Of a stretch of 64,000 nucleotides of DNA, positions 1 through 15,056 are shown one piece after another (position 1 is the stretch's first letter; each line of letters begins with the position of its first letter). The position numbers and the translations under genes are program-made. Origin of the DNA: Octopus vulgaris (lineage: Eukaryota). The stretch covers positions 80,414,001 through 80,478,000 of the forward strand of contig OX597817.1 in assembly GCA_951406725.2 (NCBI GenBank). Reading direction: 5' to 3'. The notes beneath the pieces are model-generated. The model was not told the origin of the DNA and made no database searches. It saw only the letters and a program-made list of their open reading frames with translations.

Positions 1-2858
1 TTTCGTTACATTTGTATACATTCTGGGTTCAAATCTGTTATCAGCTTCACCTTTCAGGGTCGATAAATTAAAGTGCAGTCGGAAGCTCAACAATATGCCT
101 GATAGGAAGTACCCGAAAGGAACTTACTACTTATTAAATACACGTGCATTAAGGAGCCACACAGTGAGGAGAAATACCTTGACTAACTGCTATTGCCCAT
201 GCAATTGTAAATAGCAACTCCATTTTGTTATGTTTAAAAATTTAAGATCAACAAGCAATCGATTTGGAAAATAAGATGATGAAATGTGAATAGAAATGCA
301 AGGCGTGTTTTAATCTGCTCCGTTTTTACATGTGCTGCTATTACACATTTTATAAAGAAAATGGTAAATGTCTAATATTATTAGACAATATTAGACGACC
401 ATTTCAGATCATATTAGACAACCATTTCAGATCATTTCAATTCAGTTCTGTCGAAAGAACATTATTTTGTAATTAGGTAGAACACAGCATTTTATGCTAT
501 CCAGTGCTCATAAATACTGAGAATAATTTCCAGAACACTAGCGATGTCAGCTATTCTATACAGGATTGACTTTGAAGGATATAATAAATTATAAAATTAG
601 CGGACTTCGAAAGCCCCAATGCTACTTTGAATATATATTTATTGTATGTTAATAGTGTTCAAAAAGTCGGAGTTGATAATATGAGGTTACATGGGCAGCA
701 CAATCTGATTGCTTTCTGACCGAAAGCTGGTCGTAAGTAATTAATTGTTTATAGTTTCATCTATATTAGATGTATTTAATCTATATCCAAAAACTTCGTG
801 GTGGAATGGATGATGCTGTCATATGGGTAGTTGATGGGACAGGCGAAACGAAAGAGAGAAGTATCAACAAGGAGAGCCAGAAGAAAGGGATTGCTTTTTA
901 TATTATGTCATGAAATAGTCAGTTTATTTAAGTGGTAGAGAGAGAAAGAGAGAGAGACAGAGAGAGAGAGAGAAAGCAAGAAAAAGACACAGAGAGAGAG
1001 ACTGACAGACAGACAGAGAGAAACGTATTTAGCACAACTAAATGTGTTATACTTCAAACGAGAGTATAGGAATGAGTGTGTGTTCACTGAATGAAAGCGG
1101 AATTGGAAAACCCGTGTCTAAAAAATTTTTCAAGTGGGTCTCACTACTTAAAATAATGGATAAAGACGTATGTAAGCATATATTTGTATATTTTCTTATA
1201 AATCTGCAGTTTTCAAACTATGCGTGGATTTTCCACGGATACTGGATGTAGTATAGACTTCCAGAAGGTTCAGTCTATAATATACAAGTTACCGTTTGAA
1301 AATTGTGTTGGTTCGTGTCGTTTCATTGGTGTTTATGTTGTGGTTTAATGTAAGATCAACTCCGTTCCAATAGGCCCATAATTAAAAAATATTTTGCGCC
1401 ATCATAAGCTTGCCTCCTTCTATATCTCAGATTAACTGTGTCTACTTATCTCTAAATATGAATGATATGCTTTGGGGTACTTCGGCTGTTATTTCTAGCG
1501 GTCAGAATGGCTGCATAATGACTGACTTCTCTGTGGATACGTGTTTAACATTTGATAGTGCAGGCAACTTAACTCCAAATGATTTCTGCGTTGTTGCTCT
1601 GGCAGCTGGTTTTGTAGTTGTTATTGTTTTTGCTGTCTTTATTACTGCTACTATTGTTAAACCCTATCCAAATCTTTCAAAATTGAGCAGACATATAATA
1701 TATTCCTACCGTGACCATTCAGTCTTTTTTTCATGACTACATTATTCAAAATGTGCGTCTCATTTTTAAAGGCAGAAGGCAATGGTTTCAGTGAGATTTG
1801 GCTGGTATTTTTAGCCGGTCGAGAAAAGCCTTAGCGACATTCTCGTTGAAGCGTTCTGCAAATAGTTAACAAAACTGCCACTGAAAGGACGCGTGTACAA
1901 CCACCTGATCTCTCTAAGTATTAGAAATAGAGACCAAATCGCCATGGACTCACGGAATACTGTCATAACACAAGGAATATCATTGATATTTTTGTACCAT
2001 AAAATACATATTTTGAACGTGATTTGAATGCAGCTGATCATAGGCATACTTGATCAGAGCAAGTTCAAGAAAAACAATATACCTATGGCTAAAAGAGCAG
2101 GTGTGGTCCACCCACTGATATGAATTTTAGTACAACATTTTAACATGAACGCTCCTGGGTGATAGCACAATGCTCACACCATATAACACGACATAGACCA
2201 ATGCTAGCAAAACTATTCTATAGTCTTGGTTTGAAGGCTTAGACCCAGCCTCGAGCAGACGTCGTTGCGAAGAAACATAATAAACGTTGCCGGCAACAAC
2301 AATTCAGCTGTTGACTTCATTGTCCTTTACGAACTATTTTTGGGAGTGCTGACATTGTGAGTCAACCTTTCAACCATTAAAAACTGACTGGTCCATGACC
2401 GTCATTTCGGGGATTGCGTACAAGGGGTGACTGGTACATCACTCCATATCTCTGTGTAATAACGGCGAGGCTTAAGTCATTACAAGCAGTAATGCACCTT
2501 GGACACAGTCTTCAACGAGAACATTATGATATGGAAACATTATAATATGCAAACATTGTAATATGCATACATTATAATATACAAACAGGAAATTCCACGT
2601 TGTGGCCTTCTTTATAACGGCTTATAATTCCATTTTTAATAAATGCTGCATTAGATATTTTAAGACAAAATATGTATTGTATAAGTTAAATGTATATATC
2701 TTATTTTTATTATATATAGTGTTCAGTATTCAAGGTTTAACTACCAATGGTCTATATTACAATCAATGGACATAACTTGTAGAAAACAAAATTACTATGT
2801 TTGAGCTTTCACCTTTTCAGGGTGTTCTCCTGTACTCTCTTGTTTTACTGTCCTCCCA

Positions 2859-4746
<1,888 letters not shown>

Positions 4747-4750
<4 letters not shown>

Positions 4751-4984
4751 GTTGCGTGTTTATTGTTTAGGGTATTTGACCCACAATCCTATGGTTGTGT
4801 GTTCGATTTCTGGCGGCGATTTTTGTTCTCGAGTAAGACGCTTTATTTCACGTTACTCCCGTGCACTCAGCTACAAAAAATGTGTTTTATCTGTGTTTCA
4901 AAGAGACAGCCTTGTCACATTCTGTTTCGGGTACGTGTATCTCTGGAGATGTCACCCACTTGCACATTAACTACACCAGCAGGC
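4747..4984 (+). mobile_element. Degenerate tRNA-derived SINE (family D)
   Basis: tRNA-like head (tgtttagggtatttgacccacaatcc...gttcgatttc) followed by gagtaagacgctttatttcacgttactcc...cactcagct. Related heads or bodies occur at 26728-26870 and about 49780-49930. Confidence 0.6.
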
Positions 4985-4989
4985 ATTTC

Positions 4990-5347
4990 TGCATAAGCCC
5001 TAACATTTGGTCTCCTATTTCCCCAGATCTCAATCCATATTACAGGCGGAGAGTTGTTGAGTGAGAGAGGTTAAGGAACACGCCCATAACACCAAAGATT
5101 ATTTGAAAGCTGCCATAGTCAGAGTAATGTTCAAAATGAACCAGGACCACTTGATTTAAGCATGTAGATGATTTAGACCTCATATAGAAGCAGTTGTTGA
5201 AGCTGAAGGTGGCTTTATTGAATAACATTAGAGAAAAGAATATTTATTTTTATCGCATTGAATTTCTTGATAAAAAAGTTATTATCAGTTATATATCTTT
5301 TTTTTTTTATAAACATATATCTGTCCTCAAATATCTTACGCACCCTG
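4990..5347 (+). mobile_element. Tc1/mariner-superfamily (maT/DD37D-like) transposase C-terminal remnant with 3' TIR
   Basis: Translates across frameshifts and stops as ISPNIWSPISPDLNP..YY..RVVE..HAHNTKDYLKAAIVRVM...ACR.FRPHIEAVVEAEGGFIE*, then a TIR-like end acgcaccctg. Confidence 0.8.
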
Positions 5348-5381
5348 TTTATATATACTGTAACGGAAGGACTGGCAGTAC

Positions 5382-5438
<57 letters not shown>

Positions 5439-5698
5439 CGTGTGTGTGTGTATGCATGTATGTATGTATGTATGAATGTATATTCATTTATTGAGTAACT
5501 GAACGCCACGCATCCCAACTTTTGTTAAGAGTAAGTGTTATATGCATATACGCGCGCGCACCCACACTCACACACAGGTATGTCCGAGGCACATGTAGAG
5601 GGACAATCCTGAAAAGAAATGGACGGGACCCTTTTCAAAGGCACTTTCTCTACGTGACACTTCGTACCTGCCTGAATTAACATTATACATTTAGCATT

Positions 5699-5915
5699 TA
5701 AGGTGGCGAGCTGCCAGAATCGGTAGCATGCCGGGGGAAATGCTTTGCTGTACTTCGCCTGTCTGCAAGTTCTGAGTTCAAATTCCGCTGAAGTTGACTT
5801 TGCCTGTCACCGTTTTGGGCTCGGTAAAATATGTACCAGTTGAACACTGGGGTCGATGTAATCGACTCAACCTCTCTCCCAAAACTGCTGCCCTTGTGGC
5901 AAATTTTGAAACCCT
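5699..5915 (+). mobile_element. tRNA-derived SINE family A (Meta/MESC-like core)
   Basis: ggtggcgagctgccagaatcg...gagttcaaattccgc...gactttgcct...taaaatatgtaccagttgaacactggggtcgatgtaatcgact. More than 15 related copies occur in the window. Confidence 0.85.
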
Positions 5916-7097
5916 TATATAGTTGCATTTAATAACGATATGTTTACCTTTGTAATGTAAATAGAGCAAGCGGCTAAGCGAGATTCCTCGCTGGAGAGGA
6001 CTGAGTAACTGTCCGACTAGCTTTGCCTGGCTATTGTCAGCTTATTTGAAATACCTACCTCGTTCTGTTCTAGCTGGTTTTACGATTATAATCAATTCCA
6101 AGGAGAAAATACTTTTTAATCAATGATGCACGAATTTTAAATAAATTTTCAAGAAGATAAATAATATTCTACTAGGAACGATATTGGCTTACGTTTTTCA
6201 TCAACAACACTACAACAAATTATTGTAAAACCACCAGATTTTCATCAGCCATAATGATCAAATTGAATAAAGTGCCAATCACATGAATATATTTTGTTGC
6301 AAAATATTTTATATTTCTATGAAATTTTTATTTCTTTTAGTTAGAAGTATTAATAAATACAGATTTTATTAAAGTTAATGTGTGATAATCTTAATAGTTT
6401 CATAGAATTTTGTTCGGTAATAAATGATTTTCTTATAAATTGACACTCTTTGTGATCATCACGTAATACCTTGGATCTTCTTAAATTTCTATCAACCATA
6501 TGAAATATTTCATTTTTTATTTTTTATTTTCTACACTGGTGTACTTTTTTTTTTTTTGCAAGCTGATGGCGAACATCACGTTCATTTTCCACCAGTAAAA
6601 TGGTCGTTTTTCTATGAAAATATACGAAGCAAATAGTAGCGTATGTGAAGGTTGCGAGGCTCAAAGGTAATTTGGATTGAAAAATGCATAACGGAAAATG
6701 GAATGCAAGAGAGTCCACGAGACAAAAATGATTACGAATCAATATTCAAGGGAGTCAAATAATCCTGTGCTAATCAAGGCCCAGCTTTGCAGAATCTCTT
6801 GATGTAGTTGTTGTTCATACTGCTGTTATAGCTTTAGCAGGTGGCCACACCAAAGAAATGGATGTGGTAGTGTTGTTAACAATAGTCCTAGTACTGATAC
6901 TGGGTGCAATCACTTTCTTTCTACTTGTTCTGGCTTCCGTAGTATCCATAACCGAGAACGTTGAATTGTTACTAATGATAGTGGTTGGGAGGACACCGAG
7001 GTGGTGTACATGTGAATGGTGTTCTTCATAATGACAGCATCATCATGATTGGTGGAAAGATAACTTCATTTGCTGTAGTTGCTGTTAGTTGTAATAA

Positions 7098-7668
7098 TCC
7101 TTTCTATTAAAGGCACAAGGCTTGAAATTTGCGGGGAGAGGACTAGTCGATTATTGATCCTGAAAGGATGAAAGGCAAAGTCGACCTGGCGGAATTTGAA
7201 CTCAGAACATAAAGCCAGGCGAAATGCCCGACGTGCGAACGATTCTTATTTCTTTATTGCCCACAAGAGGCTAAACATAGAGGGGACAAACAAGGACAGA
7301 CAAAGAGGTTAAGTCGATTACATCAACCCCAGTGCGTAACTGGTACTTATTTAATCGACCCCGAAAGGATGAAAGGCAAAGTCGATCTCGGCTTAATTTG
7401 AACTCAGAACGTAGCGGCAGACGAAATACCTATTTCTACCCACCTATTTCTACCCACAAGAGGCTAAACACAGAGAGGACCAACAAGGACAGACAAAGGG
7501 GTTAAGTCAATTACATCAACCCCAGTGCGTAACTGGTACTTATTTAATCGACTCCGAAAGGATGAAAGGCAAAGTCGACCTCGGCGGAATTTGAACTCAG
7601 AACGTAATGGTAGACGAAATACGGCTACGCATTTCGCCCGGCGTGCTAACGTTTCTGCCAGCTCGCCG
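7098..7668 (-). mobile_element. Three head-to-tail or nested SINE-A copies
   Basis: Three repeats of gaaaggatgaaaggcaaagtcga...aatttgaactcagaac at about 7098-7245, 7246-7430 and 7431-7668. Confidence 0.9.
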
Positions 7669-8265
7669 TCTACTGTTAATAGTAATAATGAAGAAACAGC
7701 TGGTCGGTTCGCTGCTACACAACATATCTTCGTTCTTCGAAATTAAGGCGACTTAGTGTGTGTGTGTGGTGTGGTGTTGTGAAATTATCTGCGCGTGAGT
7801 AGAAAGGTGATGATCTCCAGAGTATCTCCCTGCATATATTTCTTCTCCCTTTCATAATATAAAACCACTTTGAAAATTAATTTTCCTTTTCTTAATAATT
7901 TGTCAAAAATTATATTTTATACTTGGTCGACGCCATATGGGCCCGAGAAATAACACCTCTCTCATGAAGGTCATCATAAAACAAAATGCATAACGGAAAA
8001 TGGAATGCAACATTTCTTTTAGATTGCATATATTTAGTAAATAAATCCAATAACGTGTACATAATATATATAAATCTTATACGCAAACACACACAAATAC
8101 ACACACACACACGTACACACATATATAGGTGTATGTGTGTGTATGTGTGAGTGCGTGTGTGTGTGCAATGTAATAACATAAACAATATACATTATATATA
8201 AAAATATATTTATATATACATATATGTATACGCACGCACACATACATGAAGAAACACATATATTA

Positions 8266-8312
<47 letters not shown>

Positions 8313-8465
8313 CTTGAGACCAAATAATTTGTCGAGTATTTAACTCCCAAAACGCATCCGCAGAAAGATAAATTGCATACATACGTGTGGGTGCATCAAT
8401 CTATCTATATATATATATTTCTCTCTCTCCCTCTCTCTGTCTCTTTCTTCCTCTCTCTGTCTGTG

Positions 8466-8499
<34 letters not shown>

Positions 8500-8550
8500 C
8501 ATTAACGGTGGCGTGCCCCAGCATGAACTTCAAAGCTGACACAAGTTTGA

Positions 8551-8590
<40 letters not shown>

Positions 8591-9457
8591 AATATAGAAA
8601 TACATACATACATACATACATACATACATACATACATACATACATACATACATACAAACATACATACATCAATATACATATACGTGTGTGTGTACGTAAG
8701 TAAGTTTATATGCATGTATGTATGCTTACACCTGAATGTGTGTAGCCACGTATGTACTTTTGAGGGGAAAGCTTTCATACACGGGGTGTCACACCTTGGA
8801 ATACACATGCCACCTCATATGGGGCTTAACTTCGTTCGAAAAATAGTATAACAATACATTTTGTATTGTAAACAAGAATATGTGAAGCACAACAAATATT
8901 GATGCAGTCATTTAGAAATTGGAAACTATTATAAAGATATTATATCTATATTATATTATATGATTATGTATACAAGAATTAGATGCTGGGTGGAGAAGGA
9001 ATAGAGATACACAGAAATTATGAAGAAATTATGCAAAGAAAAACGCAGGATGCAAGGCCAAGTTAAATTGTTTTAATAAACATTTATACTTAAAGAACAT
9101 ACACGCTGTAATATACATACACACATGCATATATAGACGCATGCATACAATCTTCTGCAGTCATATACTTACGCGTAGACATACAGTTACATATAGGCAT
9201 AAATACAAGTAAAAATACGCGAGTGTCTTACCAAATCGCACGCATTCATATACACGTAGAGAGAAAAATGAATGTTAGTGATAAAGTGAATTTAGAAAGG
9301 GGCTAAAATAATTGCAATAACGTAGTTGATAATTTAATATCTTACAAATAGTTACTGTGTCAAGAAATGTAAGATCAATTCTGTGAAGGAAAAGGAAAAC
9401 GCAGTCGATGTATAATATATGCGGGTGTATATTATACACCCACATATAATATACATA

Positions 9458-9756
9458 CGAGGGAGTGCTGAAAAGTTCCTGACTTTGAGGGTATCACGAA
9501 AGACTTGGTTGGAGCCCCAAGCCTTCCGAGTTCAGTTTTTCTAAGCTCTGTAAAAAGAAGTGGAAAGGTTTGGGCTCCAACCAAGCCTTTCGTGATACCC
9601 TTAAAATCAGGAACTTTACAGGGCTTAGAAAAACTGAAGGACCGCTGCAGTTAATGTGTGAATCTGAAAGGGGAATATGTTGAATAAAATCACAATTAAC
9701 ATATCCTCGGTATTTTGTTTTACCCAAAGCCAGAATCTTTTCAGGACACCCTGATG
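9458..9756 (+). mobile_element. Mariner-derived MITE with internal inversion
   Basis: TIR-like ends cgagggagtgctgaaaagttcctgacttt / aaagccagaatcttttcaggacaccctg. It retains the mariner C-terminus GLEKLKDRCS*CVNLKGEYVE*. Confidence 0.8.
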
Positions 9757-9928
9757 TGTACATATATATATATATATATATACCCGTGTGACTTCTGGTA
9801 CTTCACTGATGAAAGAAAGCTAAGAATGACCCGTCTTTTTTGCCTATCTTTCAAACTGCTGTTCTTCTTATCCGCCTTTGTGCTGTCTATCTGTCCAAAC
9901 GTTTCAATGTCTACTTCGTTTTTGTTCC

Positions 9929-9986
<58 letters not shown>

Positions 9987-10748
9987 CAGTATTAATATAT
10001 ATATAAATGTGTGTATATACATACATAAATATATACGTTAATTCTTCCATCATCCTTCACTAGAGGTTTCCTTTGTAAATAAGCGTGAATCATCGTAAAC
10101 GCGCTTAGTATCTGATGGGGTAGCCGGCGACTAACGTAATGTAACTAAAGATTTCCTTTCTTTTCTTTTCTCTTACATGACTTCAAACTTGATTAATTAT
10201 CCGTTTACTTATTCCTGGTGAAGGGAATATGTTAGTGTGAATCTAAAGGATTCATACCTGCTGACTAATGGACTCCAGAAACAGCCGTGGAGTTGCTTCA
10301 TATTGACGTCATAACCCTCTATAAAACATTTCTTCGGAACTCTTCTAAACTTTTAAATCCATGATTAGGATTTACCAGCACTCCCGATGTATTTTATAAC
10401 ATTTAATTCTTAGTTCAGCGTCTTTTAAACTTAAATTTAAATTTGATATGATTCTTAATCGATGTATTATCCTTTATTTACTTACCCTTTTCATGTACAT
10501 TTTTACCTCATATAATTCTTATTTCTTCCTAAATAATATATAACTATGTTCCTTTTCTTGTTGTAAATTTATGTTATATCTATGTATGTATTTATATATT
10601 TATTATGTTGATGCAAATTATTAATTTTGAAATGATATTCTAAATTTTTGTCTTTTCTTATATCAAGTTATATTATATCTAACGTCTCGGGTTCAACCTG
10701 AGCACTTCCAAGCAATCGAGCAAAAGACTTTTTCGAAAGAAAAAAAAG

Positions 10749-10789
<41 letters not shown>

Positions 10790-10800
10790 AACACACACAC

Positions 10801-10895
10801 ACACTCAGCTAAAGTTGTTACTATATGGCACGAGGAACATTCTAGTGAAGTTGAACATCTTATCTGGCCACCACAGTCCCCAGATTGAATTATTT
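10801..10895 (+). mobile_element. Tc1 transposase fragment, same family as 52451-52910
   Basis: HSAKVVTIWHEEHSSEVEHLIWPPQSPD; nucleotide match to about 52708-52800. Confidence 0.8.
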
Positions 10896-11442
10896 GAAAG
10901 ATCTTATTCTATCAACAGCTTTGTAATACGTTTATATGTATAACTTCCAATGAGTCTGTCTCCCATGCCTGAAGAAATACTCCACAAAATGTGATATAGT
11001 ATTAGAAGTATATAATTAACAAATGTAATTAATTGGCGTTTAGGCCAGACGTAAGCAAAGACAGATAAAAGAAATCAAAAAGTACGCAAAACAACGAAGA
11101 GAGTTCTAAGTGAATGTAATTATCACGATGGACCAAAGCAAAGAAAGGTAAGTTAACGTTGTGAGCAGTGAATCTCTGTGAAGCCATAAGAAAAGAAAAA
11201 AAATAACAAGATAGATGAAAGGGTAGATGTAACATGTTTGTATAACAGATAGGAAGTAATAGAGCCGCTTCTGCACAAAGTAACGTGAACAGTGGTAAGG
11301 CAAATAAGTGTGACAAGGGAACATATGAAGTATCGGTGTAGTATGTTAAAGTGTGTGTGTGTGTGTGTGTGCTTGCGTGTGCGTGTAAAGTTTGTAAGAT
11401 GAATTGAAGTATGCGGGATACACACACACACACACACGCGCG

Positions 11443-11502
<60 letters not shown>

Positions 11503-11785
11503 TGTATGTATGCATGTGCGTATGTGTGTATGAGTATGTCTGAGTTAATGGAAAGTTAATCATGTCACGAGGGTTATGAAGGAATGTGTATAAGTAAGTA
11601 TAAGTAAGAAAGCGTTAGCCGCTGGTGCATACAAAGCTTCAGACAATGTGGTTGTCGATGTGTGTTTAGGTTAAGTAAGAAAAGTTTTTAGTAAGAGTAT
11701 TTGTAAGTTATCATAGCATTGGTTTAGTGAGTACGGTGGATATGTTATGAAATGTGTATAAGTATATGAGTGAAAAAGTGCAATA

Positions 11786-12105
11786 AGCCTCGGGCCGATC
11801 AAAGCCTTGTGAGTGGATTTGGTAGACAGAAACTGAAAGAAGCCCGTCGTATATATGTATATATATATGTATGTGTATGTGTATATGCTTGTGTGTCTGT
11901 GTTTGACCCCCCCCCAATACCGCTTGACAACCGATGCTGGTGTGTTTACGTCCCCGTAACTTAGCGGTTCGGCAAAAGAGACCGATAGAATAAGTACTGG
12001 GTTTACATACGAATAAGTCCTGGGGTCGATTTGCTCGACTAAAAGGTGGTGCTCCAGCATGGCCGCAGCCAAATGACTGAAACAAGTAAAAGAGTAAAAA
12101 TAAAA
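11786..12105 (+). mobile_element. 5'-truncated SINE family B (internal TA/TG microsatellite, gaaacaagtaaaaga tail)
   Basis: gcctcgggccgatcaaagccttgtgagtggatttggtagac...cggttcggcaaaagagaccgatagaataagtact...gctccagcatggccgcag. Confidence 0.9.
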
Positions 12106-12159
12106 GAGTAAACAGAAAATCTAGATTTATATTGTAGTCATTCAAGTTATAGAAATCAA

Positions 12160-12720
12160 TTTTAATTGGTTCTTTTTTGTGCTTAAGAGAAAGGTCAGTT
12201 GTTCTTCAGTACGAAGATGGTAAGCAGAAGCACTTTGCTGTCTTCCGTATAATCCCCAAAATAGCGAGATGCAGGTGGGTGAGATTAGAAATCTGAGTGA
12301 TTTGTGAGGTAGGGTTACGTTGGATAACCAATAAAATTTCATTTAAACTTTCAGCCAGCTAACGATTATTTTTTTCCTTATATCTAGTGAACCATTGAGG
12401 ATACAATTAATGGAGAGGTTAACATTTCTTAGGAGGAAGTAAAGTTACCAATCACATGAAAAGGTGACCCACGTGCGCATAAGTTAGTGATGTTATAGGC
12501 GAAGGTACCAGTACTGAAACTGGATTAGAAGCAGGTAAAGATTTCATGTTGGGTGGGTTTAATAAAGGGTGAAGGACCCTAGACGATAACAGTGTCCGAC
12601 ACTAGAGTGAGTATTCGGAAATGATACCTAAGGATGACGGCTCGATGGAAAATGATGGTCAAGTGGGACCCGCCGAAGAAGGAGAAAGGGGTGGAAGGAA
12701 GTATATGATTGCCATATTTA
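12160..12720 (-). mobile_element. Decayed Penelope-like element, GIY-YIG endonuclease region
   Basis: Minus-strand pieces VILRYHFRILTL, FHVIGNFTSS, INCILNGSLDI, LAESLNEIL, HLAILGI and RTEEQLTFLLST resemble the PLE endonuclease pattern (FTC..NVIY.I.C..C..YIGET..L..R..EH...EQ.LIF.L.T). Many stops and frameshifts. Confidence 0.55.
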
Positions 12721-13382
12721 CATGAGTGTCTATGCGAGTGAGCGAATATGGTTTTATTAGTTTCCAAATCTCATTTCAATTTCCATCTTAGTACAGATAT
12801 CTTAATGAGTGCCAGACATTACAAAGATAATTTTTCTTCGACAACACAAATGTATGAAGGTTAAATTGGGAATGGTGAACATAAGATTCAATTGATTGTT
12901 CGATCTGTGAACAACATAAAGTAACCTTTTCAAATATACCCCAAGTTAATTGTGACCAAAATTCTCCTTATTCTGCTATACAATGCCAAAGACGTAACTC
13001 GAGGACTATTTTACCCCATGTCACACTAAAAAGAAAATATTTAAAATTGTGATTGAATTCTAACTCTAAATTACTGATAAATTGATTGCTTTGTTTTTGT
13101 TTAAATTCAGGTCAACCCATATCAAACATGTCATCAAAGGCGTACCAACTTTATCAATCCCATATTTTTATATGTATGCCTTAAAACGTCTTTTTTATTT
13201 AAGTTCATGAGGTGAAATTTGAGAGCAGTGAATCAGCAGAATGATTAAAGAGTTGAGTAAAAATATCCAGCGTTCCTTACTCTGGATCTCTGCACAATGG
13301 GTTCAAATTACTTCCATGTCAACATAGACTTCCAACCCTCCTGGAGCGATAAATAAAGCAGCAGACTAGTTATTCGGTCGAT

Positions 13383-13448
<66 letters not shown>

Positions 13449-14390
13449 ATATATATATATATATATATCATTCTCACTCTGTTTCTACCTCTTTCCCTCT
13501 GACTCTCTCTCTCTCTCTCCCCTTTCTCTCCTACTTTCGGAATTGGTTACGTTCTCGCTCAAAATGAGTTGTGGAATTTCACTCACAGCATCTTTTCACC
13601 AGAAAAAGTGAAGGGGTGGGCAAACCCTTATCAATCATCTCTTATATCAGAACTGCTAGGCTGCTTGAATCTTCGAAGGACAGGGGGGGGTGCTGTAGAG
13701 CACAAAGCAGAAATAAAGGAATGATTTGAATGAAATTGCCACGAAAGCAGTGAGTTCTAACTCAAAATTGGTGCTTGATAGCGCAGTACCATAAACTCTA
13801 TCATTTGACTTTCACTATTACATTAATTACCAAAGAAATTTTAGATATTAAAGAGTACTAAGGAAATTCATAAATAAATATATTTTTAGAGTAATGAGGT
13901 AAGTGGGAATTTAAAAAAACTAGTTTTGTAAACCCCAAATGGCATTTGCTTCTGAGTTTATGATACCTCCACTCAGGCATTCTAAATTCACTGACCTTTC
14001 AGTCTTTCTTCACGTTTTATTATATCTAACACCCTATGCTGCGCACTAATTACCGCGCTCATTTCTTGCTAGTCAGAAAGTCGTTCCACTGGAATATCCT
14101 CCCGGCTTCTGCTTTGCCTGACGGTCGTGATTTGCAAAGTCTTAGGTAGAATGCTAATGGCATCGCTTTCAGTAACATAGAAGGGACTGCTAAAGCCATG
14201 AGTGCTGTCTCTTTTACTTCCAGATCCAGCAATTAAAACTAAATTAAAGAAAAGTTTTCACAAACATTACCCATCAATGTTTGTACTAAATAAATTGTTA
14301 TGTGAAATTCTTTCTTCGTATAACTGCTATCAGTCATCCTACTAGCGTCTAAGCACTGGTGTTACTATTTCAGAAGCACCCCACTACCGT

Positions 14391-14600
14391 AAGGCGGTGA
14401 GCTGGCAGGATCGTTAGCGCGCTAGGTAAAAGGCTGAGTGGCATTTCAGTCGTCTTTACGTTCTAAGTTCCAATACCGCCGAGGTCAACTTTGCCTTTCA
14501 ACATTTCGGGGTCGATAAAATAAGTACCAGTCATATACTATAATCATGTAATCGACTTATCCCCTCTCCAAAATTTCAGGTCCTGTGCCTATAGCAGACA
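14391..14600 (+). mobile_element. SINE family A
   Basis: aaggcggtgagctggcaggatcgttagc...gtcaactttgcctttcaacatttcggggtcgataaaataagtaccag. Confidence 0.85.
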
Positions 14601-14663
14601 TAATTATTTCAAGAACACCCAAGAAATAACGTTCTTCTCAAACTTAGTAATAATGCTTCTTAA

Positions 14664-15056
14664 TCTCTCTATATATAAAGCTGAAGTTGTCTGTGTGTGG
14701 CAGGTTTGGTAGCCTTCAACTAACACTATCTCCTCCGAGACCCTGCGGCGCAAGTTGGCTAAAATTGAGAGTTTAATTGAAGAAGGCTTGCTTTTCATTC
14801 CGTAGAAGATAAAATTGAAATCGGACCATGCTAAGACCAAAAATTATTTACATCAAAAAGGTACTTTTTTTTCTATGAAAATCCCTATTTTTTACGAATC
14901 TTTGATTTCTGTGTCGCCATTTTTCGGTGTATTTCAACCAGAAAAATGTTCACTTAAAGAGAATAACAAGCTACGTAATGCAAACATTTTACTTTTCAAA
15001 AATTCCAATTCTAAAGGGTCGAAACAAACCCGAGCAACGCCGGGCGATAATGCTAG
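14664..15056 (+). mobile_element. Non-autonomous Helitron
   Basis: 5' a|TC(tctc)tatatataaag, subterminal hairpin cccg-agcaacgc-cggg, 3' CTAG|t. Inserted between A and T with no TSD. Confidence 0.85.

Noticed and set aside
369-433. Small palindrome plus a 23-bp tandem duplication
   Set aside because: Consistent with ordinary slippage or repair; no spacer structure.
2521-2585. Four 16-bp tandem units (acattataatatgcaa-like)
   Set aside because: A short minisatellite with no spacers; not CRISPR-like.
6858-7031. Hydrophobic 57-aa ORF MDVVVLLTIVLVLILG...
   Set aside because: Derived from decayed GTN/CTN trinucleotide low-complexity sequence; no splice or homology support.
6683-8010. 28-bp exact repeat aaaatgcataacggaaaatggaatgcaa near 6683 and 7983
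   Set aside because: Probably fragments of one small DNA-transposon family; boundaries could not be defined.
11150-11190. Hammerhead-like relic on the minus strand (gctcacaacgttaa)
   Set aside because: Both core boxes are mutated; too degenerate to call.
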